A stretch of DNA of 64,000 nt from Terriglobia bacterium (GCA_963824095.1 CAWGNS010000009.1:348272-412271); one strand, 5' to 3'. Positions 53,390 through 62,912 are shown, counted from the stretch's first letter. Translations and numbers: made by a program. The notes: generated from the letters alone by a model not told the origin.

Positions 53390-53431
53390 TGTATACTAAC
53401 GTGTTCGCGAAAGCGGAAAGGAGTTTCCCCC

Positions 53432-54556
53432 ATGAACGTGCCGTTCTATGGCCACGTCAAGCAGTATCACAACATTAAGTCGGAGATCGACGCCAATATT
53501 CAGGAGGTGCTCGAGAGCGGCCAACACGTCATGGGGCCGATGCTCAAGCGCTTCGAGCGCGAATTCGCCGACTATCACGGATTGAAATACGCGGTGGGCG
53601 TCGGCAACGGCACCGACGCGCTGTGGCTGACGTTCATGGCCCTGGGCATCGGCCCGGGCGACGAGTGCATCACGACCACCAATACATTTTTCGCGACGGC
53701 CGAGGCGATCTGGACCACCAACGCCACCGCGGTGTTCGTCGATTCCGATCCGAAAACCAACTGCCTCGACCCGGCCCGCATCGAGGCCGCCATCACGCCC
53801 AAGACCAAGGCGCTGGTGCCGGTGCACCTCTACGGGCAGTGCGCTGACATGAAAGCGATCCGCGCCATTGCCGACAAGCACAAGCTGCTGGTGATCGAGG
53901 ACAACGCGCAGGGCGTCGGCTCGGCCGGCAACGGCTTCCGCGTCGGCGAGCTGAGCGACGCGGTCTGCACCAGCTTCATCATTCAGAAGAACCTGGGGAC
54001 GTTCGGCGACGGCGGCGCCGTGGTGACCAACAACCCCGAGATCGACCGCATCATCCGCAAGCTGCGCAACCACGGGTCCGACAAACGCTCGGTGCACAGC
54101 ATGGGTTTCAACTCACGGCTCGACGACATCCACGCCGGCGTGCTCAGCGCCAAGCTCAAGCACATCGATTCGTGGAATGACCAGCGCCGCAAATGGTCGG
54201 CGCACTACACCTCGTGCCTCAAAGAGGCCGCCAACTTCACGCTGCCCTACGAAGTTCCCGGTGGCCGTCATGTGTTTCACCTCTACGTCATCGAGACGAA
54301 AAAGCCCGAGCACCGCGACCCGTTGCTGAAGTTCCTCAACGACAGCGGCATCGACGCCAAGTGCCACTACCCGATCGCCATTCACCAGCAGGAAGGCTAC
54401 CCCTGGGGCAAGCAAGCCCGCATCGTGGGCCCGATTCCCAACTCCGAGCGCAACGCAGCCTGCTGCGTCTCGCTGCCGATGTTCCCCGAACTGACGCAGC
54501 AAGAGGCTGACTTCGTCATCGAGAAAACGCTGGAGTGGGATCGCAGCGCCAGCTAG
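53432..54556 (+). CDS. DegT/DnrJ/EryC1/StrS family sugar aminotransferase
   Basis: ORF 53132..54556(+), start ATG 53432 with GGAAAGGAG upstream. GNGTDAL, VHLYGQ, EDNAQ, PLP-Lys context SFIIQKNLGTFGDGGAV. Confidence 0.9.
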   Translation: MNVPFYGHVKQYHNIKSEIDANIQEVLESGQHVMGPMLKRFEREFADYHGLKYAVGVGNGTDALWLTFMALGIGPGDECITTTNTFFATAEAIWTTNATAVFVDSDPKTNCLDPARIEAAITPKTKALVPVHLYGQCADMKAIRAIADKHKLLVIEDNAQGVGSAGNGFRVGELSDAVCTSFIIQKNLGTFGDGGAVVTNNPEIDRIIRKLRNHGSDKRSVHSMGFNSRLDDIHAGVLSAKLKHIDSWNDQRRKWSAHYTSCLKEAANFTLPYEVPGGRHVFHLYVIETKKPEHRDPLLKFLNDSGIDAKCHYPIAIHQQEGYPWGKQARIVGPIPNSERNAACCVSLPMFPELTQQEADFVIEKTLEWDRSAS

Positions 54557-54710
54557 GCGAGAGCGATTCCAGCCAGCGAGGCTCGCCGGGTCGGCGCCTT
54601 TGTGGTGGCACAGGCCATCCCAACTGTGCTATTGGGCTCGTTTTTCGCGTCGATGTGTTGAAAACAAAGATCCTAATTGGATTACGAGAGCGCAAAGGCC
54701 AAGAGTGGAT

Positions 54711-54732
54711 AGACAGACAAGATTGTCTGTCC
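54711..54732. repeat. repeat family B palindrome
   Basis: agacagacaa-ga-ttgtctgtcc. Confidence 0.75.
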
Positions 54733-54874
54733 CACGTCAGAGGGACCAAACCACGAGGGCCGCGCACGGGAAAAGCTTAGCGGGTTTTCACCGCCCGCGC
54801 GGGGGGTGCGGAGGATCACGGCGCTCGATTGGAGAGTTGGAACGCGCCAGCGTCCCTTAGGGCTGCGAAAATTC

Positions 54875-55144
54875 TCAGGCGGAAACCAATCGCATCACCA
54901 GATATCCCATGCCGTTGGCGATCGAGAAGAACAACCACAACACAAACGCCGAAGCGAAGATCGGCTTCGGATCGCTTCTCGCGGGACGCAGCATCGCGGC
55001 GACGATGGCCCACAGCGTGGTGGTGACCAGTACGAAAATCCAGGCCTCTTCAAAACTGATGGCGGTATGCGGGGAAAAGACGAACCGAATGATCCCGAGC
55101 ACGATGCCCGTAACCGAAACTCCCACATACCATTTGCGCATCAT
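54875..55144 (-). CDS. small membrane protein (3 predicted TM), unknown function
   Basis: ORF 54875..55171(-). ATG 55144 (MMRKWYVG) preferred because GAGGAGG lies 8 nt upstream. Locally lower GC. Confidence 0.45.
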   Translation of the reverse strand: MMRKWYVGVSVTGIVLGIIRFVFSPHTAISFEEAWIFVLVTTTLWAIVAAMLRPARSDPKPIFASAFVLWLFFSIANGMGYLVMRLVSA

Positions 55145-55486
55145 CAACTTCGCCTCCTCGCCAGTCACCATCCATTAAGACTCCGCCACGAGCGCGGAAG
55201 TTTCTTTTACTCGCAATCGCAGTCGCGATCCAACAATCATAATCCGGGCTGCAATGCGGTGAGGGCGAGCAATCGCGCACTCTGCTTCAATTCAGTACTC
55301 GTTGCGAGAACTGCGCGGCGATTCGCGTAAAAAGAGAATTGTTCCGAAAAATAATTTTCTTGGCAGTTTGTCTTCGTACAGTCAAACGCGAGTGGCAGGC
55401 GCGCACCGCCCGCCGGCAGTTCTCCACCAACAAGGCGGCGGCAGAACCCACGCCAGCCTGGCATGGCGCGAGAGACTACAGGGCGA

Positions 55487-55645
55487 GGATCACACATAGC
55501 GAGGCAGGATTACACCGCGCCGGGATCATAGCGGCACACCGCACATGGATCACAGCGGCCGGCACCGTGGTCCTGGCCCTGCGGCTCTGGCCCTGCGGCC
55601 CCGACAATGCGGCCCCGACAAGATGCGGCTACATCACTGCGGCAC
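55487..55645. repeat. degenerate tandem repeat tract with 14-nt phasing
   Basis: ggatcacacatagc.. ggattacacc.. ggatcatagcggc.. ggatcacagcggc.., then TGCGGC recurs at 55580, 55594, 55608, 55624, 55638. Confidence 0.65.
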
Positions 55646-55870
55646 GGCGCTCAGCAGCGACGGCGGCAGGGGAGCCGCGTCCGCCTGCGCGGGAGATTCG
55701 CGCCAGTTGAGGTATTGGAAACTCCAGCGGTAGTTTTGTGTGAACTGCTTGCCGCCGTCGAGATAGGCGCGCTGCACGCCGGAAGTGAAGATGCGGTCGC
55801 CGATGTCGCGGTATTTCACGTCGCCGGTCTGCTGAAACAGCCAGCCGTAGAGCGGCGCGATCATCAGGTT
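55634..55870 (-). pseudogene. orphan 3' gene fragment (family not recognised)
   Basis: Only the last ~75 codons of ORF 55634..55954(-) look protein-like (LMIAPLYGWLFQQTGDVKYRDIGDRIFTSGVQRAYLDGGKQFTQNYRWSFQYLNWR). No plausible N-terminal part upstream in any frame. Confidence 0.3.
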
Positions 55871-56036
55871 CAGGTCGGGCGCCGGCCCGAGCCCGCGACA
55901 CAAACGCCATGCCGGAACAAAGAATCGGCGTGGACAACCCCAGAGTCTCGCCAACCTGCCGTCCCCTTCGAACCACGGCTCTGGCGCCTCGCAAAGCCGC
56001 AGGTCCGGCGAAGCGCCAGCTCTGTGCTACCGGGCC

Positions 56037-56402
56037 TTAGGCCACCTGCATCGAGTCGTAGCGCAGTTCGTCTTCGAGCTCCTGCTGGCAGGCGACGCAG
56101 TTGGCCGCCCACGGCAGAGCATTCAGACGGCGCGGCTCGATCGGCTCGCCGCAGCGGTCGCAGTGGCCGTATTCACCGCGATGGATGCGTTCGAGGGCGA
56201 CCTTGATGGCGCGCCGCGTGGCGTAGTCGGTGTTGACGGTGGTGACGGCGACATCCAGCGCGTTGCGCGCCACCGCGTCGTCAAGCGGGTCGGCCGCCGC
56301 CTCGGCCACCAGACCCTTGCGAACCTCGGGACTGGCCGCCTCATCCAGCCGAGACTGGAGCTGCTGCTGCAACGCCTTGAGCTGTTGCTTGGTGATGGAC
56401 AT
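56037..56402 (-). CDS. DksA/TraR-family C4 zinc-finger protein
   Basis: ORF 56037..56498(-), start ATG 56402 with AAGGAG upstream. Coiled-coil N-part. CDRC...17 aa...CVAC zinc finger. Confidence 0.85.
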   Translation of the reverse strand: MSITKQQLKALQQQLQSRLDEAASPEVRKGLVAEAAADPLDDAVARNALDVAVTTVNTDYATRRAIKVALERIHRGEYGHCDRCGEPIEPRRLNALPWAANCVACQQELEDELRYDSMQVA

Positions 56403-56812
56403 GGTGTCTCCTTGCGAACCGGCTGCGCGAGCCCTGTGGCGCGAACCGTATGCGAGATCTGGAATAGCGCGACCCGGACCGGGCCCAACGGGCGGCACGA
56501 ACCGGGCTGCGAAGCTGGCTGCGCGGCGCGACGCCTTCTCTCGCCGCGCGGCACAAGCTCAAATCCCCCAACTTCGATAGCCATTGTTCGCTGAATGGCG
56601 CCTCGCGAACAATGGAGCGGTGGTACCGATTTTGATTAAGGGGGAAGACTTACCGGAACCCTGGGAGTGATGCAGGCCCACCGAGGCGGGAGGTGGTACT
56701 GGCGGGAGAGATCCGGTCAGAGGCTTGCCGGCCACAGGTCCCCGAGGCGCTGTGTCGCCAAGGGATGTTGTAACCCAGCGGGTCCCAGGTCGGAAATGGA
56801 GTATCGCCCTTG

Positions 56813-56915
56813 CGTGGAACAGACAATCCTGGCTGTTTCTTTTTGCCTGCCCGCTCGTCCTTGTACCTGCTCGGCTCGCTGTCCCGCGCCGCGGACAGGC
56901 GGGAGCGCCTGTCTC
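56813..56915. repeat. repeat family B units
   Basis: ggaacagacaatcctggctgtttc (56815-56838) and ggacaggcg-ggag-cgcctgtctcta (56893-56917). The latter is nearly identical to 199-223. Confidence 0.75.
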
Positions 56916-56922
56916 TATCCTG

Positions 56923-57693
56923 TTACTTCTCGTAAGGCCAGGGGCCCCGCGTGAACAGGCCGCCGTCGACATAGATCGTCTGCCCAGTAATGAACTCGGC
57001 CTCGTCGGCGGCCAGGAAACAGACCGCGGCGGCGACGTCCTGCGGTTTGCCGACGCGCTGCATCGGCGTCAGCGGCGCCCAGGTTCCGGCGTAGTCGGGG
57101 GCTTCGGTCTTGGTGCGCTCGATCTCGATCGCGCCCGGCGCCACGCAATTCACGGTGATGCCGTAAGGCCCCAGCTCGGCGGCGGCCACCTTGGTGAACA
57201 TTTCAATGCCGCCCTTGCTGGCGGTGTAATCGACCAGGTTGGGGAAGGCGACCTTGTTGCAGCCCGAGCCGATGTTGATGATGCGCCCGCCGTGGTGGTC
57301 TTTCATGTGGCGGCCGGCGCGCTGCGTGCACAGGAAGTTGCCCTTCAGGTTGGTGTCGATGACGCGGTCCCACTCGGCTTCCTCAAGATCGAGCAGCGGC
57401 TTCCAGGTCTGGACCCCGGCGTTGTTGACCAGGATCGACAGGTGCCCGAACGCGGCCAGCACCTCGTCGAACATCGCCTGAACGTCGCCGGACTCCCCGA
57501 CGCTGGCGCGCACCGTCACCGCGCTGCGGCCCAGCTTTTCGATGGCGGCGGCGGTTTCGAGCGCGCCGGCTTCGTCGGCATTGTAGTTGACGGCGACGTC
57601 GCAGCCGCGGCGGGCCAGTTCGAGCGCGATGCCGCGGCCGATGCCTTTGCTGGCTCCGGTGACCAGCGCGGTTTTGGATTCCAGGGTTTGCAT
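56923..57693 (-). CDS. short-chain dehydrogenase/reductase (SDR)
   Basis: ORF 56923..57843(-), start ATG 57693 (MQTLESKTALVTGASKGIGRGIA). NNAG. YTASK (YxxxK). Confidence 0.9.
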   Translation of the reverse strand: MQTLESKTALVTGASKGIGRGIALELARRGCDVAVNYNADEAGALETAAAIEKLGRSAVTVRASVGESGDVQAMFDEVLAAFGHLSILVNNAGVQTWKPLLDLEEAEWDRVIDTNLKGNFLCTQRAGRHMKDHHGGRIINIGSGCNKVAFPNLVDYTASKGGIEMFTKVAAAELGPYGITVNCVAPGAIEIERTKTEAPDYAGTWAPLTPMQRVGKPQDVAAAVCFLAADEAEFITGQTIYVDGGLFTRGPWPYEK

Positions 57694-57756
57694 GGGAGTC
57701 GATTCTATTGCGCGGACGGAATGTTCGAATGGGACGGAGCAGCCCTTTGCCCGGTC

Positions 57757-57870
57757 CAGGTTGCACAGCCTAGATTGCGCAGCCCGGGTTGCACAGCTTA
57801 CGTTGCACGGACCGGATTGCACAGACAGGGATGTCTGCGCCACTGCAACAGACAGGATTGTCTATTCTGC
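57757..57870. repeat. 14-bp phased tandem array (about 8 units) of family B half-sites
   Basis: TTGCACAG-type cores start at 57761, 57775, 57789, 57803, 57817 (exact 14-nt steps). The array then continues as palindromic atgtctgc / ctgcaacagac / attgtctat. Confidence 0.8.
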
Positions 57871-57888
57871 CGGGCCGGCTGCGCTGTG

Positions 57889-58665
57889 CTAGATGTGGCC
57901 GAACACCGGCTCGGCTTCGCGCCGCGTGGGCGTGGCCGACAGCATCGCCGTGCGCACGGCCTGGATGATGGCGTGCTTTTCGCGGTGGCGCAGCGAGCGG
58001 CGGTTCACCAGCAGCCGGGCCGTCGAGCTGGGCAGTACCTTTTCGATGATCTTGAGGCCGTTGGCGCGCAGCGTGCGGCCGGTCTCGGTGTTGTCGACGA
58101 TCGCGTCGCCGTCTTCGGGCGGCTTCGACTCGGTCGCGCCGAAGGAATGAAACACCGCCACCGGCGACGAGCTACGCCGCTCGACATGCAGCCGCGAGTA
58201 GGGGCTGTAGAGCGACGGCTCGAGATCGGTGTGCTGCCGGACCAGCGCTTCGGTGAGGTTCAGATACTCGGTCCAGATGCGCAGCGGGTGCGTGCCCGTC
58301 GAATTGACGAATTTCTCGAACAGATCGGCGGCGCTGTTGACGTCTTCCCAGGCGGCCGGCACGGCCAGCACGATATCGACGCGGCCGAAGCCCAGGTCGA
58401 GCAGGTCTTCGACGTTCGAAGCGCACTCGCTTTCGCGGTACCAGTCGAGCCCGGAAATGCCCATGTCATAAAAGCCGGCGGCGATCATGTAGGGGATTTC
58501 CTGCGGCCGCAGCACCTTCACGGTGACGTCTTCGAGGTCGAGAGTCGGGCGATAGCTGCGGCTGCCGTCCCCGTAGCCTTGCGGACGCAGACCGGCGCGC
58601 TCGAGAAACGGCAACGTGGATTTTTCGAGGCTGCCCTTGGGTATGGCGAAACGAACGAGGCTCAT
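57889..58665 (-). CDS. hisG: ATP phosphoribosyltransferase (HisG, no long C-terminal regulatory domain evident)
   Basis: ORF 57889..58956(-), start ATG 58665 (MSLVRFAIPKGSLEK). RPQEIPYMIAAGFYDMGISGLDW, GATESKPPEDGDAIVDNTETGRTLRANGL. 258 aa. Confidence 0.8.
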   Translation of the reverse strand: MSLVRFAIPKGSLEKSTLPFLERAGLRPQGYGDGSRSYRPTLDLEDVTVKVLRPQEIPYMIAAGFYDMGISGLDWYRESECASNVEDLLDLGFGRVDIVLAVPAAWEDVNSAADLFEKFVNSTGTHPLRIWTEYLNLTEALVRQHTDLEPSLYSPYSRLHVERRSSSPVAVFHSFGATESKPPEDGDAIVDNTETGRTLRANGLKIIEKVLPSSTARLLVNRRSLRHREKHAIIQAVRTAMLSATPTRREAEPVFGHI

Positions 58666-58692
58666 GGCAGGTTGATTCTCAATGTAACACTG

Positions 58693-58724
58693 TTGATCGG
58701 TTGACCGGTTAATCGGTTGATCGG
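58693..58724 (-). repeat. repeat family G: 8-bp tandem array (TTGATCGG x4 on + strand = CCGATCAA on - strand)
   Basis: ttgatcgg ttgaccgg ttaatcgg ttgatcgg. Begins 28 nt upstream of the minus-strand hisG start, in the gene orientation. Confidence 0.85.
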
Positions 58725-58911
58725 TTCGCGCTTGACCCGGCAGGCTGCTTTGGCCCACCAGCCACCCGGCCCTTTCAGGCAACCGCCCCTCCAGCGACTC
58801 GGAGGCGTGGACGTGAGTCCGCGCTGCGCGGCATCGACCGGGCTCCATTGCTCGTCCGCCGGCCACACTCCCCCGGCCCTCCGAAGCAAAAATCCACTCG
58901 GGTGGCCTACC

Positions 58912-58988
58912 GAAGCCACAAAAACCCGCCCGTGGCGCGAACCTCCAGGTTGCCACGCCGCGATTCGTCGCGACATAGGGCCCACGCT
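58912..58988 (-). repeat. repeat family A copy 4
   Basis: gaagccacaaaaacccgcccgtggcgcgaacctccaggttgccacgccgcgattcgtcgcgacatagggcccacgc. Confidence 0.8.
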
Positions 58989-59071
58989 ACCGATGCCCGC
59001 GGGAGGGCTGCCAACACCGGACCTGAATGGAGTTTTTGCTCAGACTGGCAAGCCCGCCGCTCCGAGCTGCC

Positions 59072-60541
59072 TTACCCGAGCTTTGCCGCCAGCGCGTCCG
59101 CCGTCAACGGCACGTCCTCGCCGGCCGCAGTCTTGCCGTTGCCCAACTTCACCACCGCTACCGGCTGCTCGCCACGCACGCTGCCGACCCACTCGGCTTT
59201 GTGCTCGCGGCAATCGTCGGGCCCGGGCTTTTCCAGATCTCCTTGCACGACGCCGATGCGGAAACCCTGGCGCCGCAACTGCTCGGCCACGGCGACCGCC
59301 TCGGCCAGCAGTTCCTCCGAGGCGGCGACCAACACCAGTTGATAATCGCGAGGGGCCGTCCAGGCGCCGGCGGCGATGAATCCATCGACGATGTCGTCGA
59401 AGCGGAACCCGCAGCCGGTTGAAGGCAGCGGCGGACCTCCGAACTCCTCGACCAGGCTGTCGTAGCGGCCACCGCCGCAGTACTTCACGCCGCCCGCGCC
59501 GTTGGCGGCGGAAATCTCGAACACCGTGCTGGTGTAAAACGTGAAGCCGCGCGCGATCCCCAGCACCACCTCGAAATCGCCCACCGCGGGATACATCGCC
59601 ACGTGCCGCGCCACCGCCAGCAACTCTTCGAGACCGGCCGTGGCCGGGGTTCCCGCCAGCAGGCTGGCCGCTTCCTGGTGCACCTTGTCGAGCGAGCCGC
59701 GCAGCCGCGAGGCGCGCAGCAGCAGCTCGGCGGTCGCCTCCGACACCAGTTCCTGCACGCTCCAGACGCGGCGGAAGGTCGCCTCGGCTTCGAGCGGCAT
59801 GCGGACGATCAGCTCGGTCTCGGAAAGCTGCGGGCAGTCGGCGATCGCGTAAGGGCCCGAAAAGTTGGCTTCGGCCTGCATCGCGGCCAGGTCGATGCGG
59901 TCCATCTTGAGATCCTCAAGCAGCACCGGATCGGGCCGTTCGGCGATCAGCGCGCACTTCTCGTCGATCGAGATGAGGTGGTCGAGGTGGCCGATGACCA
60001 CGGCTTGGTCTTCGGCGTCGAGCTCGGCGCCCAGCAGTTCGCGGAAGATCCGGCTGGTGCCGATTTTGAGCGAAAAGCCGGGCAGGCCGACGGCCCGCAG
60101 AAAGCCGCACGCCGCGGCAATGACTTCGGCGTCGGCGGCCGGCCCCGCCGCGCCCAGGCATTCGATGCCGGCCTGGGTGAACTCGCGATAGCGGCCCGAG
60201 TGCGGCCGGCAGTAGCGGAAGCAGGAGCCGGCGTAGTGGAAGCGGTAGGGCGGCTCCGTGCCCTCCAGCGCTCCCGAGGCCAGCAGCCGGCACACCGGCG
60301 CGGTCATCTCGGGGCGCAGCGCGAACTCCTCGTGGTCGCTGTGGAAGGTCAGCATCGACCCTTTGACTTCGGGTCCGGAACGGGCCAGAAACAGCTCGAC
60401 GGCCTCGTAGACCGGCGTCTGGATGGGGCGGTAGCCGTAGGATTCGGCGACCTGGGCGAAGGTGGCGGCGACGTGGTTGCGCGCGGCGGCCTGAGCCGGC
60501 AGAAAATCGCGCGTCGCTCGCGGAGACTGATATTTTGCCAT
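59072..60541 (-). CDS. histidyl-tRNA synthetase family protein (HisS or HisZ-like regulator; unresolved)
   Basis: 489 aa. PRATRDFLP, class II motif 2-like FRYCRPHSGRYREFTQAGIECLG, ARGFTFYTSTVFEI, motif 3-like CGGGRYDSLVEEFGG..GCGFRFDDIV, and a C-terminal anticodon-binding-like domain. Confidence 0.8.
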   Translation of the reverse strand: MAKYQSPRATRDFLPAQAAARNHVAATFAQVAESYGYRPIQTPVYEAVELFLARSGPEVKGSMLTFHSDHEEFALRPEMTAPVCRLLASGALEGTEPPYRFHYAGSCFRYCRPHSGRYREFTQAGIECLGAAGPAADAEVIAAACGFLRAVGLPGFSLKIGTSRIFRELLGAELDAEDQAVVIGHLDHLISIDEKCALIAERPDPVLLEDLKMDRIDLAAMQAEANFSGPYAIADCPQLSETELIVRMPLEAEATFRRVWSVQELVSEATAELLLRASRLRGSLDKVHQEAASLLAGTPATAGLEELLAVARHVAMYPAVGDFEVVLGIARGFTFYTSTVFEISAANGAGGVKYCGGGRYDSLVEEFGGPPLPSTGCGFRFDDIVDGFIAAGAWTAPRDYQLVLVAASEELLAEAVAVAEQLRRQGFRIGVVQGDLEKPGPDDCREHKAEWVGSVRGEQPVAVVKLGNGKTAAGEDVPLTADALAAKLG

Positions 60542-60619
60542 GTCTTGGATTCGAACCCTGGCGGGAAATCGCGCCTGGCAGGCGGGCCGTCGGACCGCCG
60601 CACATTGGGTAGATTGCGG

Positions 60620-60652
60620 TATCGCTGAAAGTTTCGCTGAATTCGCTGAAAA
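60620..60652 (+). repeat. three direct TCGCTGAA repeats in a divergent intergenic region
   Basis: tatcgctgaa agt ttcgctgaa t tcgctgaa at 60622, 60634, 60643. Confidence 0.6.
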
Positions 60653-61074
60653 ATTCCGGTGCCCCGGGTATACGGCCCGCCAAAGGATCCGCGCCCTTGT
60701 GGACGAACCCGCCGGTCCTGGCGCCGTTTCTGGGGCGAAGTCCTTAAGTTTACACTAGCGCCGGGCGCTGCCCGCAACGCGATCGGCGCGCGAGCCATCC
60801 TACTCCCAGGGGAGAGCGCGAGCGAAGCTTGCCGCTCGATCCGGTGGACCGAAGGCTTGCCGGCGGCCCCGACGCCGCCCTGGAAGATTCGAGCCGCGGA
60901 CGATTCGAATTTGCGCCGGGAAACCCCGCCAGGCGCGGTCTCGAGCCGCGTAGGGCGGTTTCCAATTGAAACCGAGTTGTTTGGCTCTGTGCATCGCGCC
61001 AACCGACTCGTTATAATGAATCTTACTTACCCGCGCTTTGGAATCTTGCCTCGACCCACCTCGAAAGGAAAGAA

Positions 61075-62912
61075 ATGGCGACAGTAGAAGCTATACCTGT
61101 CGATAGTCCTCTGCCTCCCTCGACGGATCTGGTAGTCAACGACTTCAGCATTCAGGTAGCTACGGTAAACGGATCCGGCAGCCAGACAGCCAATCTGGTG
61201 TTGCTGCGTTCGCTGTTCCAGATGGGCATCCCGGTGTCGGGGAAGAACCTGTTCCCCTCGAACATCGCCGGATTGCCGACCTGGTACACCATCCGCACGA
61301 ACAAGCGTGGATTCATCGGCCGCAAAAAGGAAATCGACTTTTTGGTGGCGATGAACCCGGAAACGGCGCGCGAGGACGTGATCGAGCTACCGTCGGGGGC
61401 GGCGGTGGTCTACGACGAACCTCTCAACCTCAAGTCGGTGCGCACCGATCTGCACTTTTATCCGGTGCCGTTCGACAAACTGGTGGCCCCGGTTTGTCCC
61501 GACGCGAAGCTACGCCGGCTGGTGCGTAACATCATCTACGATGGGGTTCTGGCGCACTTGCTGGGGGTGGAGCTCGAAGAGATCCACAAGGCGCTGTTCA
61601 AGCAGTTCAGCACCAAGCCCAAGGCGGCCGAGCTTAACTGGAACGCGGTGCAGGCCGGCTATGAGTTCGCCACCAAGGAACTCACCAAGGTCGATCCGTT
61701 CCGCGTCGAGCGCATGAACGCCACCGCCGGCAAGATCATCATCGAAGGCAACGCCGCGGCCGCGCTGGGCGCGATGTTCGCCGGCGTCAGCGTGGTGACC
61801 TGGTATCCGATCACGCCGTCGTCGTCACTGCCCGAAGCGCTCACCGAGTACGCGCGGCGCTACCGCATGGATCCCGAAACCGGCAAGGCGACGTTTGCCA
61901 TCGTGCAGGCCGAAGACGAGCTATCTTCGATCGGCATGGCGATCGGCGCCGGCTGGGCCGGGGCGCGCTCGATGACCGCCACCGCCGGCCCGGGCATCTC
62001 GCTGATGTCGGAGTTCGTCGGGCTGGGCTACTTTGCCGAGATCCCGGTGGTGCTGATCGACGTGCAGCGCATGGGGCCCTCGACCGGGCTGCCGACGCGC
62101 ACCGCGCAGGGCGATCTGCTGTGCATCGCGCTGCTGTCGCACGGCGACACCAAGCATCCCATGCTGCTGCCCTCCAGCCCCGAGGAATGCTTTTCGATGA
62201 CGGTCGACGCCTTCGACCTGGCCGAACAACTGCAGACGCCGGTGTTCGTGATGCTCGACCTCGACCTGGGCATGAACTATTGGATGGCCGAGCCGTTCGA
62301 ATATCCGAAAAAGCCGTTCGAGCGCGGCAAGGTGCTCAACGCCGCCGACCTGGAGCGGCTGGGCGGGTTTGGGCGCTACGAGGACGTCGACGGCGACGGC
62401 ATCTGCTACCGCACCCTGCCCGGCACCAAGAGCGACAAGGCCGCCTACTTCACGCGCGGCACCGGGCACAACGAAAAAGCGCAATACAGCGAGCGGCCCG
62501 CCGACTGGGTCCGCAACATGGACCGGCTGACGCGCAAGTTCGAGACCGCCCGCAGCATGGTGCCCGGCCCGATCGTCGACCGCGTCGAAGGCGCCGAGAT
62601 CGGCATCATCGCCTGCGGTACCAGCGACTACTCGGTCGTCGAGAGCCGCGATCAGCTTCTCAATGAACACAGCCTCAAGACTTCCTACCTGCGGCTGCGG
62701 GCCTTCCCCTTCAGCCGCGAGGTCGAGGAGTTCATTCGCCGCCACGACCGGACGTACGTGATCGACCAGAACCGCGACGGCCAGCTTTGGCAGTTGCTGC
62801 AGATGGAAACGCCGGCCGAATTGCATACACGGCTGCGGAGCGTGCGCTACTACGGGGGTATTCCGCTGGATGCGCGCACCGTCACCGACGAGATCATGGA
62901 ACAGGAGAGCTT

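Noticed and set aside
60545-60625. tRNA-like T-loop string (GGATTCGAACCC, reverse complement GGGTTCGAATCC) just upstream of the hisS-like gene
   Set aside because: The flanking bases do not form a 5-bp T-stem (cagGG/CCaag pairs at only 3 of 5 positions). No acceptor or anticodon arms could be drawn. Other TTCGA-containing sites (1591, 27261, 38391, 60901) fail in the same way. No tRNA is called in the window.
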